Source of the DNA: an uncultured Spirochaetota bacterium
GTDB taxonomy: Bacteria > Spirochaetota > UBA4802 > UBA5550
Length of the DNA: 64,000 bases
Direction: 5' to 3'
Assembly (NCBI GenBank): GCA_963827275.1
Contig: CAWHAA010000006.1
Coordinates: forward strand, 192,001 to 256,000
The stretch's first letter is position 1; each line of letters starts with the position of its first letter. Below the pieces are notes generated by a model. The model was not told the origin of the DNA. It made no database searches and saw only the letters and a program-made list of their open reading frames with translations. Shown piece after piece: positions 61,682 through 64,000 of the stretch. The translations under genes were made by a program, and so were the position numbers.

Positions 61682-62740
61682 ATGAAGCGCAGACTCGACA
61701 ACGATTTAAACTTCTCCTTTCCCACGGAGATTGAGCAGTACGAGCGTAAGATTTACGACCTCCGGCAGCTCATAGAGATCAGCAAGGGACTCAATTCGAC
61801 GCTGGAATATAACATCCTCATCGATTCCATCCTGCTTACCTGCATGGGCCAGATGCAGCTTCTCATGGCCGGGATATTCCTGAAGAAGGGCATCGGAAAT
61901 GAAAACTACGCCCTGCATCGTAATTATAAAGGCTTCGACGTTGACCATTCGATCGATTATGAGCTTGACCCGGATTCAGAGCTCGTCAAGTTCATGGAAC
62001 GCGACTTCAAGTGCTATTCCCCGGAAGAGCTCGATGCCGGCGTCGGGAACGACCGCTCTTTAGGCATTCTGAAGATGCTCAAGCCGTCGCTGATTGTCCC
62101 GCTCATGAGCAAGGGCACGCTCAACGGCATCATCATACTGGGGGACCGCATCAATTCGAAGGACTTTTCAGAGAGCGAAAAAGAATACCTCATGGACATC
62201 GCCTCCCTTGCGGGCATCGCGATACACAATGCGTCCCTTTACGAGATGGCCACCACGGACATGATGACGCGCCTCAAAATACACCATTACTTTCACACGC
62301 TCCTCGTGGACGAGGTTGATCGCGCCCGGCGTCTCTCGAGGCCTCTCTGCGTCATAATGGCCGATATCGACCACTTCAAGATCGTCAATGATATGAACGG
62401 GCACCAGGCAGGCGACATGGTGCTTATAAACGTGGCGAAAATAATACGGGACAGCATCCGCCATATTGACGTGGCGTCCCGCTACGGCGGCGAGGAATTC
62501 GCCGTCATACTCCCCGGCACGGAGATCCATGAGGCCCTTGTCGTCGCGGAACGGATCCGTCAGAATATCGAAAAATCAATGGTCGTATACGACGGCAGGG
62601 AGATCGGGGCGACGATATCGATCGGGGTCACCCAGTATGACCCGGACCTCGATAAAACAAAAAACACCCTGATAGAGCGGGCCGACAAGGCCCTCTATAT
62701 ATCGAAGCGAAACGGCAGGAACCTCGTCTCGTTTATTTAA
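61682..62740 (+). CDS. dgcA: GAF + GGEEF diguanylate cyclase (spirochaete DgcA-like, RxxD I-site present)
   Basis: IYDL.QL.EISK.LNSTL N-terminus; DIDHFK, RHIDVASRYGGEEF. Confidence 0.85.
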   Translation: MKRRLDNDLNFSFPTEIEQYERKIYDLRQLIEISKGLNSTLEYNILIDSILLTCMGQMQLLMAGIFLKKGIGNENYALHRNYKGFDVDHSIDYELDPDSELVKFMERDFKCYSPEELDAGVGNDRSLGILKMLKPSLIVPLMSKGTLNGIIILGDRINSKDFSESEKEYLMDIASLAGIAIHNASLYEMATTDMMTRLKIHHYFHTLLVDEVDRARRLSRPLCVIMADIDHFKIVNDMNGHQAGDMVLINVAKIIRDSIRHIDVASRYGGEEFAVILPGTEIHEALVVAERIRQNIEKSMVVYDGREIGATISIGVTQYDPDLDKTKNTLIERADKALYISKRNGRNLVSFI

Positions 62741-62845
62741 CAGGCTCTACTCGCCCGTTCCCGCCCCGGTTCCTGAAGCGCCATGGACCGGCAAATAATT
62801 TCTTGACATAAATCGACTTGTTATATTAATTGACTTTCTAAACAA

Positions 62846-62919
62846 GGGCCCATAGCTCAGTAGGTTAGAGCATCTGACTCATAATCAGAGGGTGAAAGGT
62901 TCGAATCCTTTTGGGCCCA
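62846..62919 (+). tRNA. tRNA with CAT anticodon, most likely tRNA-Ile2 (lysidine); CCA not encoded
   Basis: Cloverleaf: acceptor GGGCCCA/TGGGCCC+A, D-arm GCTC/GAGC, anticodon stem TCTGA/TCAGA with loop CTCATAA, T-loop TTCGAAT. G1:C72 and no GGG:CCC anticodon stem, so not fMet. C4:G69 and C5:G68 are typical of Ile2. Confidence 0.92.
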
Positions 62920-62956
62920 TTTTATCGAAACAGAACGAATTAAGGATAATAACAGT

Positions 62957-63271
62957 ATGTACGCAATAGTGGAAATAGCAGGCAAGCAGTACCGGGTTGA
63001 AAAAGACACGACCATCAATGTTGATAAACTCGAAAAAAACGCGAATGACGATCTGGTCATCGATAAGATACTGATGGTGGCGAACGGCGACACGATCCTT
63101 GTCGGACAGCCGTACGTGAAAAACGCCAAAGTCACCGCGAAGGTGCTCGGCGACATCAAGGGCGAAAAGGTGCGGGGAATAAAGTTCCTCAAACGCAAGC
63201 GTCATGAGCGGACCATCGGCCACCGCCAGAATTATTCGCAGATCATTATCAGCGAATTGTCGGTCGGCTAA
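62957..63271 (+). CDS. rplU: 50S ribosomal protein L21
   Basis: MYAIVEIAGKQYRV, G.PYV, GHRQ. Confidence 0.97.
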   Translation: MYAIVEIAGKQYRVEKDTTINVDKLEKNANDDLVIDKILMVANGDTILVGQPYVKNAKVTAKVLGDIKGEKVRGIKFLKRKRHERTIGHRQNYSQIIISELSVG

Positions 63272-63279
63272 AAGCGGAG

Positions 63280-63684
63280 TTGATAACTGTAACGTTAACT
63301 AATATACAGTATGATGAAGAGCTGGTCCTGGTCGAATCGGACAGCGGATTTGTCGGTTTGACCGTTGAAGGTCATGCGTTGTTCGGAGGCGGCCCGGCCG
63401 GTATAGACGCCGCGGGAAGCCGGAAGGGTGAAAACATTGTCTGCTCTGCCGTTTCCTTTTCGGCGCTGACGATGCTGAAATCGATCACCTTGATTGCCGG
63501 CGTCAAACCGGAATATAACGTACGAGAAGGGTTCCTGGATTTCAGGATACGCATAAAGGAACTGAGCGCGGAAACGAAGAACATACTGCGGGTATTGCTT
63601 GAATCCTTCATGATAGGCATTCTCGACATGAAGCGTGCATATCCCGGATTATTCGCCGTGCGCGGTGTTACTCAAAACAAGTAA
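63280..63684 (+). CDS. prp: Ribosomal-processing cysteine protease Prp-like protein
   Basis: Lies between rplU and rpmA; GHA (His) and IVCSAVS (Cys); G..D....YP. Confidence 0.8.
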   Translation: MITVTLTNIQYDEELVLVESDSGFVGLTVEGHALFGGGPAGIDAAGSRKGENIVCSAVSFSALTMLKSITLIAGVKPEYNVREGFLDFRIRIKELSAETKNILRVLLESFMIGILDMKRAYPGLFAVRGVTQNK

Positions 63685-63704
63685 GATACACAGAGGAGAA
63701 TATC

Positions 63705-63962
63705 ATGGCACACAAAAAAGGCGGCGGGTCCACCAGAAACGGGCGCGATTCACAGCCCAAGATGCTCGGCGTCAAGAGATATGGCGGCCAGCTCATAAAA
63801 GGCGGGACAATCATCGTCCGTCAGCGCGGGACAAGGATACACCCGGGCAACAATGTCGGCTGCGGACGGGACTTTACCCTCTTCGCGCTGGTTGACGGCG
63901 TAGTTACTTTCGAGCGGTTCGGGAAAAAAAGGAAGAAGGTTTCCGTCTATCCACAGGCGTAG
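63705..63962 (+). CDS. rpmA: 50S ribosomal protein L27
   Basis: [32 protein letters not shown]. Confidence 0.99.
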   Translation: MAHKKGGGSTRNGRDSQPKMLGVKRYGGQLIKGGTIIVRQRGTRIHPGNNVGCGRDFTLFALVDGVVTFERFGKKRKKVSVYPQA

Positions 63963-64000
63963 CAACACTATCCCAGGCCTGAGAACATGAATCGCGTATT

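Noticed and set aside
62846..62919. tRNA as an integration site for an island
   Set aside because: No integrase and no duplicated tRNA 3' end seen; flanked by housekeeping genes.

Overview
Ordinary chromosomal backbone of a moderately GC-rich, probably anaerobic spirochaete. Leptospirae-like affiliation is inferred from the DUF1554-like lipoprotein, the FecR/adenylate-cyclase unit, hisB-hisH-hisA-dgcA and tRNA-rplU-prp-rpmA. I see no prophage, IS, integrase or CRISPR. Contents from left to right: (1-12.8 kb) part of an ACP-dependent lipid/aryl-polyene-like cluster with two B12 radical SAMs, interrupted by a Deg-protease pair; (18-24 kb) mrfAB-like helicase/exonuclease, yedF and dinB; an archaeal-type asparagine synthetase directly upstream of asnS; purB, recO and corC; (36-42 kb) a three-gene outer-membrane barrel / FecR-Fn3 / adenylate cyclase unit; (49.9-53.6 kb) a truncated CysRS paralog with a remodelled zinc site, followed by an ABC exporter and a secreted triple CX3C-Xn-CX3C protein; then eno, his genes, tRNA-Ile2, rplU-prp-rpmA. 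About nine indels, mostly single-base insertions, break otherwise intact genes and are most likely sequencing errors, so I joined those genes by hand. The best candidates for undescribed biology are the CysRS-paralog operon, the trans-envelope cAMP module with a pseudo-phosphatase-like N-terminal domain, and the B12-radical-SAM/BtrH/ACP lipid cluster. All family assignments come from motif recognition by eye; no database searches were run.
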